DNA of 64,000 nt from Lama glama (taxonomy: Eukaryota): the NCBI GenBank assembly GCA_028534125.1, contig CM052816.1, positions 38,938,001-39,002,000 of the forward strand. Direction: 5' to 3'. Positions within the stretch are counted from its first letter, which is position 1. Each line of letters opens with the position of its first letter. Of this stretch, positions 50,791-62,900 are shown in pieces. The translations under genes were made by a program, and so were the position numbers. The notes below the pieces were generated by a model. The model was not told the origin of the DNA and ran no database searches. It saw nothing but the letters and a program-made list of their open reading frames with translations.

Positions 50791-53050
50791 TGCTTGGTTT
50801 CAGATTGGCCTGGCCCTCTTTTGTCATGCCGCTATCAATGCGATGACCGACCTAAGCAGCACTGAATAGCTAAACCGCATGCAGAACAAAGAATAACTGC
50901 TTCCCTAAATCCACCTTGCTCTTTCCTGGGAGGTTTCTTCCCACTGGCCTACCCTGGGAATTCTGAGTAGGACCCTCTGGTCCCTCTCTCGGTGATTACA
51001 AAAAGTGCCCAATCTAAACAGTATGTGCAAAGAGATTTTAAAGTCATTCCAGCATAATTATCCTAGCCAACAAAAACCAGCTACAGCTCAATCAAACTTC
51101 TGAGAAGAAAAGACTGCGTGGGAGTTAAAGAAATTAAAGCATAAGATCAGGCTTTTATAAGGCGCTCCAGATTCTGTCACCTTGCTCTAATTCTTGCGTA
51201 TTTCAGCAGTCACATTTTTGGTGACTTCACAGAAATAACAAGTCATTTTAAAAATCCCGAGATGGTTACAAAAGTACTGTTAACACACACTGCATCCACA
51301 TATAGCCCACGGCACTGAGAACACTGGGATAAACTTGGAAGTCTGCAATTGAAAAGTTATTTTAAAATCTAAACCAGGTGATAACCAAAAAAGAAAAAAA
51401 GCAGGGGGGAGAAGGTGAGTAAAACTGACCCCACTTAGATTATTCTTCTCAGTTTCCATATTGTTTGCATTGCTCCTTTCATTTCTGACACTATCTATGT
51501 CAAAGGGTTTGAAGAAATCTACAGCCGGAAACCCTCACACACAGGCTAACTTGAACATTCTGAGGATTTTTATTTACATATTTCTTCAAATAATAAGCGA
51601 AATTATTTATTTGAAAAGGTTCTTTATCTCTTTTTGGAAAAGTAATTGCAAAGTTTCTTGAACAGCACACCAATAATAGCACCTAATTATTATCAAGTTG
51701 TCAATCCGATGATAAAAACTATCATGACAACCCAACTCCATACCTTTGGTTTTATGTACACAAAACAAGAAGAATACCATATTTAACTGAAGGAAAATTC
51801 ACATTCTGAACATGAACTATTAATTGTTGAAGACAAGAGCCACCTACTACCGAATTTGATTCAGAGCCAAAGCATCATGTGCCCACCATGGAGTCTCAAC
51901 ACACCGCCTGCACAAACCTAACCACTCAGTCCAGGAAGCAATCAGAGGAAACGCATGCACTGCCTACAGCAGGGACTGGCTTCAACACAAAATACCGACG
52001 GAGTGAGTGTGAGGCACGGCAAATATGAGACAGGCCTTGAGGAGGAGCAGCTAGATTTCCCAGGTACGCTGAGTGCAGTCAGTGAATGGGGAGTTAGTTA
52101 TTCATTAAACAGCCCACATAAAGAGGCTTGTGAGTACAAATTTTTGATGGAGCGACTAACTGCACAGAAGGTTCTTATAAACTCTGATTATGTATCTAAA
52201 TTTGTATGAATGGAATACTGCTTTGAAAAGCCTTTAAGGTACAAAACGTTTTGAGGATTTCTAGAATTTCTAAAAGGTCCAATCACACACTCAACAGCAC
52301 CCTCTTCCACCCCAATATTCCACTGCTTCGGCTGTTTTTTAATTAAAACTAGCAGCTACAGAGATGCAGTGAATGCAGATTTAAGCCAAACAGGCTATTT
52401 TGCCTTTTCCATTTGCAACCAAATAAAATTTTGTTTTTTATTTCTTTGACAATTTGTCCATTTTTTCAGATATATCACAAAACCTTAAAGGTAAGAAGTA
52501 ATATTATTTTAAGGCTTTGTCACAGAATGAAGAATTCTGCAGTTGTGCATAAAAAACACAAATGTTTTTACTTAAGAAAGTATGAAAAAGGTGCACCAGT
52601 CATAGGAGATTTGAGGAAAAAAAATCAAAAGATGGCTAATATATTTCTATACGAAAAATGAAGACAAGTTGAATTCTCAGTAGTCCTTGTCAAAGTCAGT
52701 TTGCACAGTGGCTACATGACAAATAAGGGCATTGCTAGCAACTCAGGAAAACTCCAGCAGAAATAACTGAAAATTTCCACTTCCGGGTTCTCAATTTAGG
52801 CAGAATACAACCCTAAAAACAAAAATACATACTAGAAACAGGACCAGGCATTGAGATGACAGCCAAACTAATCTAACGGCGAGATGTAAACAAGCAGGTT
52901 GTGGTACATGTGAATATTTTCTTCATTATAAGGAGAGTAAAGAAAAAGTGAAAATGGATCTCCTTTCTTATTAAGTAAAAGTAACATATATGCCTTACAG
53001 GAAATAAACTGGGCTGTAGCTAACTGTAGCAAAGTTAACTACAGTAAATA

Positions 53051-53829
53051 CAGTAGTCCCCGCTTATCCGGGGGAAACATTTCAAGACCCTCAGTGCATG
53101 CCTGAAAACTTGATAGTACCCTATATAAACTATATTTTTTCCTACAAATACATACCTAGATAAAATTCTGTTTACAAACTAGGCACAGAAAGAGATTAAC
53201 AATAACTAAGACTAGAACAATTATAACAATATACTGTAATAAAAGTTATGTGAATGTGGTCTCTCTCAGAATATTTTATTGTACAAATATAATGCCTTTC
53301 CATCTTAACTAAGCACTTACAACACAATCGTGGCCGTAACTTTTGCAGTTTGAGACGTGACTGCAAAACCAGCAAGTTTCTTTTTCTTTCCTCACAATTT
53401 CAGAGATAGAAGATTCATTCTACCATACATCTTAGCAACCGCAGCATATGATTTTTTTTCTTTCCTTATTAAGTTGAGAACATTCACCTTTTCACGTAAA
53501 GCACTTTACAGCTTCCCTTTGGCATATCCGAACTGCCAGCATCGTTACTCTTGCACTTTGGGGCCATTATTAAGTGAAAAAAGAGTTACCTGAACACAGC
53601 GCTGCGCTACCTCGGCAGACGGTCTGATAACCAAGATGGCGGCTACGTGAGTAAAGAGCGGCTCAAGCAAGACAGCGCGAGATTTCATCACGCGACTCAG
53701 AACAAACGCAACTTAGAACGTAGGAGTTGTTTACTTCTGGGAAGTTGCATTCAGTATTTTCGGATCTCGGTTGACCTCTGGTAACCTAAACTGCGGAAAG
53801 CAAAACTGTGGATAAGGGGGGAGCCACTG
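53051..53829. mobile_element. MER44 (Tigger7-derived, TcMar) non-autonomous DNA transposon, full length
   Basis: Terminal inverted repeats CAGTAGTCCCCGCTTATCC / GGATAAGGGGGGAGCCACTG; TA duplications at 53049-53050 and 53830-53831; MER44-type interior (caagaccctcagtgcatgcctgaaa..., taataaaagttatgtgaatgtggtctctctc). Confidence 0.9.
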
Positions 53830-55374
53830 TAATCGTTTCTGGGGCACGTTACACGTTGTAGTTTGATGAGAGCTGGTTGGGGGCAGAGATGGAGAGAACA
53901 AAGGGTGGATTACCTGGGGGAAGCGCTACGGAGCACACCTAACCCAGCCCTTACACGTGGTGCCTGAGCTCCTGCAGCCTGCGCCTAGAGCAGGTGCGGG
54001 TCAACTCCGGCTCTATATAAGTTGCAGCTGCATCAGGGAGAAGAGGGCAAGGAGGAGGGGAGGGAGAAGAGTGGGAGGAAGAAGCCACTTTCCAGACACT
54101 CCCTCGTTGTCATTTACCCCTTTGTTGCCAAAGTCCCTAACAACAAAGTGTGTCAGAACACAGTCTCTGGCTTTACTCTTTTTTTTCTTATATTTAAGGA
54201 GAGGATAGGACAGTAACCATATGAAGAATTCAGCTGTCTGTGCAAGAGAAATCGACTGCTGGAGAGACATATTCTGTAAGGGTGTCACACACCAAAGAAT
54301 GAGATTAGGAATTCTGCTAATCTTCTTTTAAAAAGGTCTTCAAATCATCAGAGATGGCTACCTGAAAGAACTGTGGGATGAGAAGTAGAAAGTTCTGCAG
54401 GGTGACACAGTATCATGCTCTTAAAAGACATAACTAAAAACCATTACCAAGAACACAACCTCATTTGAGACACAAAAAATGGGATTCTGCAAATGGGATA
54501 TTCAGCACATGTTTCACTACACGGCTCAGAAGCCCCTAACGGAAAATACAATGTGTGCCCAAGAAAAGGTTCACAGGCACGATCGTCGGAAACCTATCAG
54601 GACAAGTGGGTTCTGTTTTGATATCTTTTATTTTACAAATTGCATCAAGTCCTCAAATTACGAACTAGAAAGCAAATCCAAAAAATTGAAGAACTACTGC
54701 ACTAGATAGAAAATTACTAGCAAGGAAAGGTAGAGTAAGAATCAAAATAAAACTGTCCACAAATTTTTTTTAATGATCCTAATTTTTTAATCATGTTGAA
54801 TCTCAAGCTCACGTTCAAACATTTAATAAGATAGAATTCCAAGATGGCATATTGGTCTCCATGTTATTATAGATGTGGCCATTTAATTCAGTGACTTTCA
54901 TACTCTTACGGTCACGAATTAAAAAAAGAAAAATTTTTTAAAAACTGAGTTGGTATCTCCAAAATACGTATGTTTACTTATTCATATACTTTATGCACTT
55001 ACTACCATACTGGTAAGCTATACACGTGATGTATACAAGAAATAAAAATTTTAAAGATAATATATTTTAAAAGCAGGCCTAGCCTAGTATTTTCTTCCCA
55101 CACCCAAGTGGATCATGTTTGCGCCACTTGGGATGTCAGCAGTTCAGAAAACACAAGTTTAGTTCATTAATTGGATGTTAGGGGCAAGACATATTCATCC
55201 ATAACTTACATTCACAAACACGCGCTTGAGATTTTGCTGTATTTTATCCAGAATACTTAAATTTTACACGTAGTGCTTTTATTTTAGAATGTAGAACCTT
55301 TTTAAAGCAGTTGTGGGGTGAATAAAGATATGGCAATTTAGGGTTTTAAAGACTGTATTACTGCCAATGGCTGT

Positions 55375-55570
55375 ACTTTTCAGCAACTACTATGTGACAG
55401 GCACTTGATATTATATACATTATGTCTAATTCTAACAAGAACTATAAAATAAAAATTATTTCCCATTCTATTAAAAAAAATGAAATTGAGGCTCACGATC
55501 AACAACATCCAGCAAATAAGTGGTGGAGCCAGGGTGGGTATCTTTAAAACCACAAAATCAAGATGGCCAC
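55375..55570 (-). mobile_element. MIR SINE
   Basis: caactactatgtgacaggcactt...tgaaattgaggctca...cagcaaataagtggtggagccaggg. Confidence 0.7.
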
Positions 55571-56459
55571 AATTATAGGATATTATGTGAAGGGCCATGC
55601 ATTTTAATTGTTTAAACATTTTCTTTATTTATAGCTGGCTCATTAAAGCAAAGAGGGGGAACTGGGAAATAAGCTGTTAACTATTTAAAATTCTTTAGAT
55701 TAAACAATAGTAACAGTAGCTTGCAGGCATTTCCATCTGCTTCTCTTCCCCTCTCCTCCAGCAAATAGTTCTTTTCGGTCCTACAAAGAAGCCTGCAGGA
55801 GAGAATTCTGGGAATGGTGACAGAGGTTAGATAAACTCAGCCCGGGGTAAGTTTCTACTGATGGTGTTGCCTGAAACCTCAGAGCCTCATGAGTATTGTG
55901 TTCCCCAAACAACATCCTTTCCTCTTAAAACAGAGTTTGTTAATGAGTTTTGGAGCTTGCAGAGCAGGGCATTCATTCTTTTCTCAGTGGGGAGGAGCAG
56001 GAGAGAGAAAGCAAGCAGACTCCCGCCCCACTCCTCTTGCTGGGTGACTGTGCCGTAGGAACATCTTGGAATGTCACTCAGGGCACAAAGTTTCCAGCTA
56101 TGTTCCCAAGCAGGACCTGAAAATGGCTCCCTGGTACCCAAAAGTTTATTCCTCATCCAGACACAGATGTAGCTACTATCTGTGAAACCTCTGGACCACC
56201 AGAGACCCACGAAGATGGGAGGATCCTTAAGGCTGGGGAAGCTACTTTAAGGTAAAAAGGTTGTTGAATTAGAAGAAACATTAATGGTAAAATTTTGTTT
56301 GGCAGTTTAAGTTCCATGATTTGAAATTTCACTGATAAATTCTTCACCAGAAAACATGGGTCAAACTGTGAAACTACAGTAGTGACTCAGCATGATTTCC
56401 TTTGCTGGAGATTTTTAGAAAGAAATGACTGCTGTCTATACAGGCCCTCACCTCTCCTA

Positions 56460-56720
56460 CCCACCAAGCAAACTCCTCTTCACCCTCCATGCCCAAGCAT
56501 GGCTTCCCTGGTGACGCTTTCTCCACACTCAAGGTGGAATTAGGAACTTCCTCTTCAGTGTGCTCAAAAAAATCTTAAATCTATGTTTATTAGAAATACT
56601 CATTTTAAACTTCAACTATTTGTTTTTGACTATGGCTTGTGTGTTTACTCATCTTGCATTCTCATGACTAATTACTGTGCATGGCACATAATATGTATCA
56701 GTAATATTTGGTGGATGAAG
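56460..56720 (+). mobile_element. L2 3' fragment
   Basis: caaactcctcttcaccctcca...tgtgcatggcacataatatgtatcagtaatatttggtggatgaa. Confidence 0.55.
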
Positions 56721-58362
56721 AAATAAAGGTTGAATCATGAATTTGCCAAAGCATTAATTCCTACAGATAAATTACAATAGCTTAATCTTAATGGTTTTGT
56801 TACAAACAAGGATTTGTTTGCTTTTATACACCTTACATAAAATCCATCATAGTCCTCTAAGCATTGTGTGTAGCCTTGTAAGATCACTGTATCCGGTTGT
56901 CAATATACAATAGAAACTTCTCTTACTAGTAGTCACACTGTAAGTCTAGCCTAACACAAATGATAGCTCTTATAACTTTTGTATTCTCAAGTTAGAAACC
57001 ATTATCATCTGTAGCATTTCCTATGATTTCTCAACATAGTGACCTGGCCCAGCAGGGAAAGTCATGTTTTTCGTTGTTTATTTTCTGGTATTTCTATTCT
57101 AGTCAAAATGTTCCTCAAAAAAAAAAAAAAAGCAAGGAGAAATTTAAAGAAAATCTGAAGGAAAAAAAGCAATCCCTACCTACTTAAACTTTGAGGGCTC
57201 AGTCCAGCATACATTTAAGAAATGAACTTCTATCAAAAAAGAAAGTAGTTATGCACCATTATACCAAATATAGTATGTCCTTTCCCCCTTAAAAATGTCA
57301 GTTCATCAAGTTTAGTGAGTATCTTTCTGGAGTATGAGTGGTTTACCTTATGTGGCCTACTAGAAAACACTATTGATGCCTACAAATATTTAATCCCTTA
57401 AACATTTTTCCTTATAACTGCATTTATTTCTCAATAGATGAGCATGACACTAAAAATGTATGTGAAACATTAAGAAAACAAAACTCAACCTTTATAAATA
57501 TTAGAAAGTAAAACAGAAATCTGCTAACTACTGCAGGGTTCTAGTTGGTCATTTCAAAAGATGATCTGAATTAGTAAGGTTCTTGAGCAAAACACTTACC
57601 ATATAGTAGTTTCATTTTTTATACAAACTATGTCTAGAATACATATTTTAAAATTAACTTGACTCTAAATAATTAAAGCAAACTCTTCTCAGTCTTCCCC
57701 ACCCCACTCCAGAATAAAGGGAAGTACAAGAGAAAACAAATCACTAAAATATCCATTTATTTATTCCCTCAAAGCTCTCTCCTCCCCTGCCTCCAACTCC
57801 AATATTTAAGTTAACTACTCCCATACCTTAACTCTTCTCTTCTGGAGAGCGGGTCAATCCATCTTGGCAGACCACCAAGGAGAGAAGTGGAGGTAACAAC
57901 TGAACACTACTGGCATGCCCTGATCCTTCTCAGATTCAATTATTTTAAGATTCTGTCTTCCTCATATTTTTCATCTCTCCAAACTTTCCCATGAAGACAC
58001 TTTTTTTCACCTTCTACACAGATCAGCAATGTAAGTGAACACATCCAATAACTTGGCCAAGCTACTGACAGGAAAAGGAACAAGACAGTTCCTTCTCAGA
58101 TTTCAGTCCCATGGGATTTAAGCCCCTCCCTCCTAAATTGATTATTTATTCTACAAAACACTCATTTGGCATGCATCTTATGCTACCTTGCCCTCCCTCT
58201 CCCGATAATAGGCCTGTCCTTAAAGGTGAAATCCATCTTAATCCCTTTTGTCCCCAGGATGCCTGCATGTTCTCAGTAGGCACCCCCTGGGTTAATTCGC
58301 CTCTGCTCTGGTTAGAAGACAGGGCCCAGAATGGTCTCCTACTCAAAAATATTTAGACCCCC

Positions 58363-58490
58363 CTTTTTTTTTTTTTTTAGTTATAGTTGATTTACAATAT
58401 TGTGTTAGTTTCTGGTATACAGCATAGTGATTCGGTTATATGTACTTTTTTTTTCATATTCTTTTTCATCGTAGGTTATTCAGTTATTTT
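58363..58490 (-). mobile_element. L1 3'-terminal fragment (artiodactyl type) with poly(A)
   Basis: poly-T followed by agttatagttgatttacaatattgtgttagtttctggtatacagcatagtgattc; no TSD resolved. Confidence 0.85.
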
Positions 58491-58530
58491 AATGACCGTT
58501 TTCAATTGACACTGTAACCCACTGCAGGGG

Positions 58531-58722
58531 GTGTGGTGGGCAAACAGGTTTTATCTCCAGTGTAATGTTGATCAATTCTGTAGCAGCTGCCTGAAGTGCT
58601 GGGTTAAGAAAGATAATGAGGCCACATCTGGACTTGGAGAGTGTACACTGAGGGATTAATGATGTCTGCCACATGCATAGGTGAGGAACCTGGTGGTATG
58701 CACACTCAGTATCTGCCACCTC
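58531..58722. mobile_element. hAT-Charlie MITE (MER117-like)
   Basis: ggcaaacaggttttatctc...tagcagctgcctgaagtgctgggttaagaaagataatgaggcc...gattaatgatgtctgccac...gtatctgccacc; family name from recall. Confidence 0.55.
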
Positions 58723-60820
58723 AACTCTAATTCCTGAGCCAAAATCTGAGTTTCAGTTAAGTTCAAGAACTTCTTACTGCCAAGTTCCTTTCCCCAACTG
58801 AAGCATTAGGCCAGGGACAGAGGATTCAAAGTCTTACAAATACATACTTCCATGGATAATCCTTTTACATAAAAGTTTGGCAAAGGATACTCTTCCTGGT
58901 GAATCAGACTTAGAGGTCAACATCATGGACCCAGTGCTCCCCTCCTCTTTCCACAGGCACACAGTAAGAGCCCTTTCTCGAGGGCATCCAGTAACAACTT
59001 TGAAAAGTGCTGCTAGCTTTTCCCCAAAAGCAGAAGCATCAGAGCTCTGTGGTGTAGCGGTGAGCCCCAGCCAGGGCCACTTAAGGATTCCACCGTCTGT
59101 GCAGCTAGTCTTTGACTCCAAAAGGTGCTATGTTCTTCTGTTTAAACAGTTCCCTTTTCTCATCCTGTGCTCTCTCATAAATCTGTACATCAAAAGACAA
59201 CCCCAAGATCGAGGTGACAACATTCAGGAGATCTGGTTTCAGGCTTCTCCTCTGAAATCATTTAATAAAACCTGGCACAGAGTGGTTTCAAAACAGCGAG
59301 ATTACAAATTCAGTATCTCTCCCCCTCTAGAGTAAAGAAGTGATCGAGGGGTCAGCAAAACTGAAAATAACAAATCAAACTCATTCTTCTTTTGATTTGC
59401 TTCTAGTAGTATTCTCCTCAGCTAGAAGAATCCTTAATATTTTTCTAATGTAAAATGCAAAAAGATCCATTTCATAATTCTAAAGCACACTACTAAGTGC
59501 TGACAACCTCCACCTCTAGCTTTATAATCAGATTTATTGTATTTCCAAGGCAATCTTCCTCATCACTTTCCATTTTGCTAATCAAATTGCATTGTTTTAA
59601 AAGGCAATTTCACTTACTACTTGCTGTCCTCTGCACTACAGTAACGTGCATCCCTGCTTTCTCTCCACTCCAACTCTTCTAGGACATTTATGCCGTTTAT
59701 AAACTGCTTGAGTCTCACCGCCTCCTGTCTGTGACTGAGGACAACCTGCTTAGCCCAGAGTCATTTCAAAGTTCCCTTAAAAAAACTGTAATGGTTATAA
59801 TGGAATAAAAGCCCAAGATTAAAAAAAAAAAAGTACGTTAGAATGAGAAAATAAGTTAAAAATAGGTTGCTTTTCTCAAGATAGCAAGTAATATTCTTTT
59901 AGTGAAAGGCCAATTTGCCTTTAAAAGTTAACTTAGAATCTTCTAAAAGCTCCCTGAACCCCAAATGTTGAAATCATTTAAATAAATATCTCAGGGAAGG
60001 AAATGACCCCGGTGAGCCACACCTGGGCATGATTCGGCTTAAGGAGCAACGGACAGGACTGAAGGAGCCCCAGCAGTCGCCCAGAGGATGTGGGAGGTTC
60101 TGCACGAGTTTACATTTCAGTCCATCCCCACTGAGTCTTCCCTTCCCTGATTGCCGACTCAAGCAGCCCTGGAACCAGAGGTGCAGACACAGCCAGATGA
60201 AAGTCAAGGTGCAGAAGAAGATCACCTGAGAATGAGGCAAGGACTGAAAGTCTATTACTACTACTTCATGCATCAGCTGAGCCTCTGAAATATGGTATTT
60301 TTGCAAAACAAACAAACAAACAAAAAATAACGCATGTGTGGTACCGCAATGTTTAGGCAGGGTAACACCGGTAGGTGTACTATGGACAAAAGGATGCCCT
60401 GTTTAGCACGGATATCAAACTGAACGAAAATAGAGGGAAAAAATTTTAAACCATGCTAAACCATGCTAAAGAAAAGGGGATTGGCGGGGGTAGTTCAGCT
60501 AAAAGATATCCAGCCTCCCCTTTTTTCTTAGGAGGACACCACAGCCCACTACAGGGGCACAAGCACGAAGTGCAGGGAAAGCAAGACTGAGCTAGTGAAG
60601 GAGCTCGGCAAACACACTTTGAAAACTACTGACCTTGAGTTTTGCGACTTTCTTTCTAGGAAACCAAATTTTAAATTATGTATCTTTGCTAATCAGATAA
60701 TAGCAAATATGCCACACTTCAAACTTTTAACCCTCTTCATTTCTGCCACAGAGTTTCACACCTATCTTTATGTGAAAACAAAACCAAAACAAAAACAAAA
60801 AAAACCACCAGCTACATATT

Positions 60821-60826
60821 TTTATT
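60821..60826 (-). terminator. MACIR: Candidate distal MACIR polyadenylation signal AATAAA
   Basis: TTTATT on +; on - it is followed ~15 nt later by a long GU/U-rich tract (ggtggttttttttgtttttgttttggttttg). Confidence 0.6.
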
Positions 60827-61084
60827 TTGCTTAAGAAATTATGTAGGTGCACAGGCAGGGACAGATCACAGCTGTGCGACTGAACACATATCAATGCCAT
60901 GAATACATCTTTTACTTTGAAATGTGAAAGAGCACCCAAAGCACAATTATTTTAATTTTTTTAAACAAAAATTTTAAAATGGGGTCTAAAAATAAGTGCT
61001 TAGGCAAATCTTTGAACAGTAACTGGCCTGTTGGAGGTGGACCTAGTTAAAGCACAACACAACGGTGTGTGTTTACATCACCCT

Positions 61085-61090
61085 TTTATT
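61085..61090 (-). terminator. MACIR: Candidate proximal MACIR polyadenylation signal AATAAA
   Basis: On -: AATAAAagggtgatgtaaaCACACACcgttgtgttgtgcttt, i.e. CA cleavage candidates followed by a GU-rich element. Confidence 0.55.
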
Positions 61091-62900
61091 TCATAGTTAG
61101 AAATAATACAGTTCCACAGGGTAAAATGATCAATAAATAATGGTGTTTAATCATTAAACGTAAAAATCCCAAGTCTTTGGCCTCTGACAGGATTCTATGT
61201 CTTGTCAAACTAATGACTGTATGGATATAGTTAATCTTAGTGATCATTTGTCAATACAATATGTTACAAAGGTGCAATTTACTTCAAACTGTACAACAGC
61301 TGAATATTTCCAGCCCACCAAGAAATCTGATCAACTCAGTGAGATATGGGCCAACTTCCCTGAGGCTCTTTCTCATGGTTTGCCTCAGTCAAAGTATAAT
61401 AAATGCTGAGTAAGAGTTCCTAGGGTTTTCTAATACTTATTCTGCTCTAGAGTTTGTCATTCATTCTGGTGAAAGAAAAGTCAGAACTGCACCAGGAATG
61501 AGTGCTACTTATTTAATTAAAGGTGTTTTTATTTTATAAGCAAGATTCCTAACACCTTAGAAACTCACAGCCCCCAAAATAAAACTTAAAATAAGTAGGT
61601 CTATGCTGCCAGAAATGCCAATTCAGTTAATAAATTGCACCTTCAAGAGTCAAAAAAAAAGAAATAGAAACTTTTACAAAAGGTAAGTTACATACATTTT
61701 TTTTTCTTCCAAAATATATTCAAGACTAGTTGAGCTGTATTTGTTACTAAAGCCAGGGCATTATTTCTTTAGCAACAAATTAAACCAGTGCAATTGACAT
61801 AAATTGTTAAGTAATCCAGGATTAACCCATTAAAACTGTAGAAGCACTTTAGGCTCCTGCACTAATCCTAGAAACTGGAATTTCAATGAGTGCCTGCGCT
61901 GCACAGAACTAAAACTGGAATGACCCGATGCCATGCTGAATGGTATCACTTCATACTTAGTTTAAGCATTAGATAGCAGAAATCATGAGTTTCTCTATTA
62001 AAGTTCCATTCACTTACAGAAAACATTCAGATGCAAACATTATTATGCCTATAATCCACAATGTAAAGAATCCTTTCCATTTTAAAGTTCCAGGTGAATT
62101 TTAAATTAGAAAATAAACACTAAGGAAACTTTTTCAACTGATGAAATCTTTATATTGGAAACTTTCGGGAAAAGCTTCCCCCCACCCATGGTAAAATAAA
62201 TACTTTGTATCCCAAATTTAATTTTATTAAGACACACTTTAATAATGCTATAAAGAAATATTTTACAGCCATAGAGATCAATAACTTTCCATGCGGAAAT
62301 AAAAAATTCATTGCTCAACAATATTATTGAGGCAAGTAAAGATTATTCTCAAGTCAATCTGAAATGTTAATTTTTTCAGTGCAAAACCAGTTATAAAATA
62401 TTTAAACTCAATATTTAAAAATAAAAAGTGGTCCAATTTAGCAATGTTCAAGTTCTAAATTTCATAAAACAAATCATTACATACATTTTATAGTAAAATA
62501 CAGAGATTAAAGAAGTACTTGAGTACTTAAGATATAAATTTCTAATGAATCATACCAAGTCAGCAACAACCAAGCAGATAACATTCCCAATTTGAGTATC
62601 AGAATCTTAAAAGATGATATTACTGTCCCAAAGCCTTTTTCTCCTAGCTAAAAAGCTATACAAACTAATGGTCAACATTCTGTTTTCTTTGCAGTTGCGT
62701 GCTCTAGAATGATTTCCCCTCAAGTACCTGTGATTTCATTCCTGTATTCAAAATTTGATCCAAACAATTTTTATGTTCCAGGAACACTTAGCTGATATAA
62801 CCATCTATAATGTAAAGAGTCCTGTACAGGGTACAACAGTGGAATTCACTAGCCAAGTGTGTAGGCTGACCTAAACTGGTTTACACCCTCTGCAAGTCAC

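Larger units (their letters stand above)
60805..62900 (-). other. MACIR: MACIR 3' UTR (approximate)
   Basis: AT-rich sequence with no repeat I could recognise, from the stop codon to the candidate poly(A) sites. Confidence 0.7.

Noticed and set aside
51840..52075. Exon-like GC-richer block ending in caggtacg
   Set aside because: No convincing acceptor, coding homology or partner exons visible
61844..61851. miR-17 family 8mer GCACTTTA in the MACIR 3' UTR region
   Set aside because: It is on the + strand, antisense to the mRNA
147..62321. The many 60-183 aa ORFs in the ORF track
   Set aside because: Many start at non-ATG codons, lie within decayed repeats or low-complexity DNA, and none resembles a protein family except broken L1 ORF2 pieces
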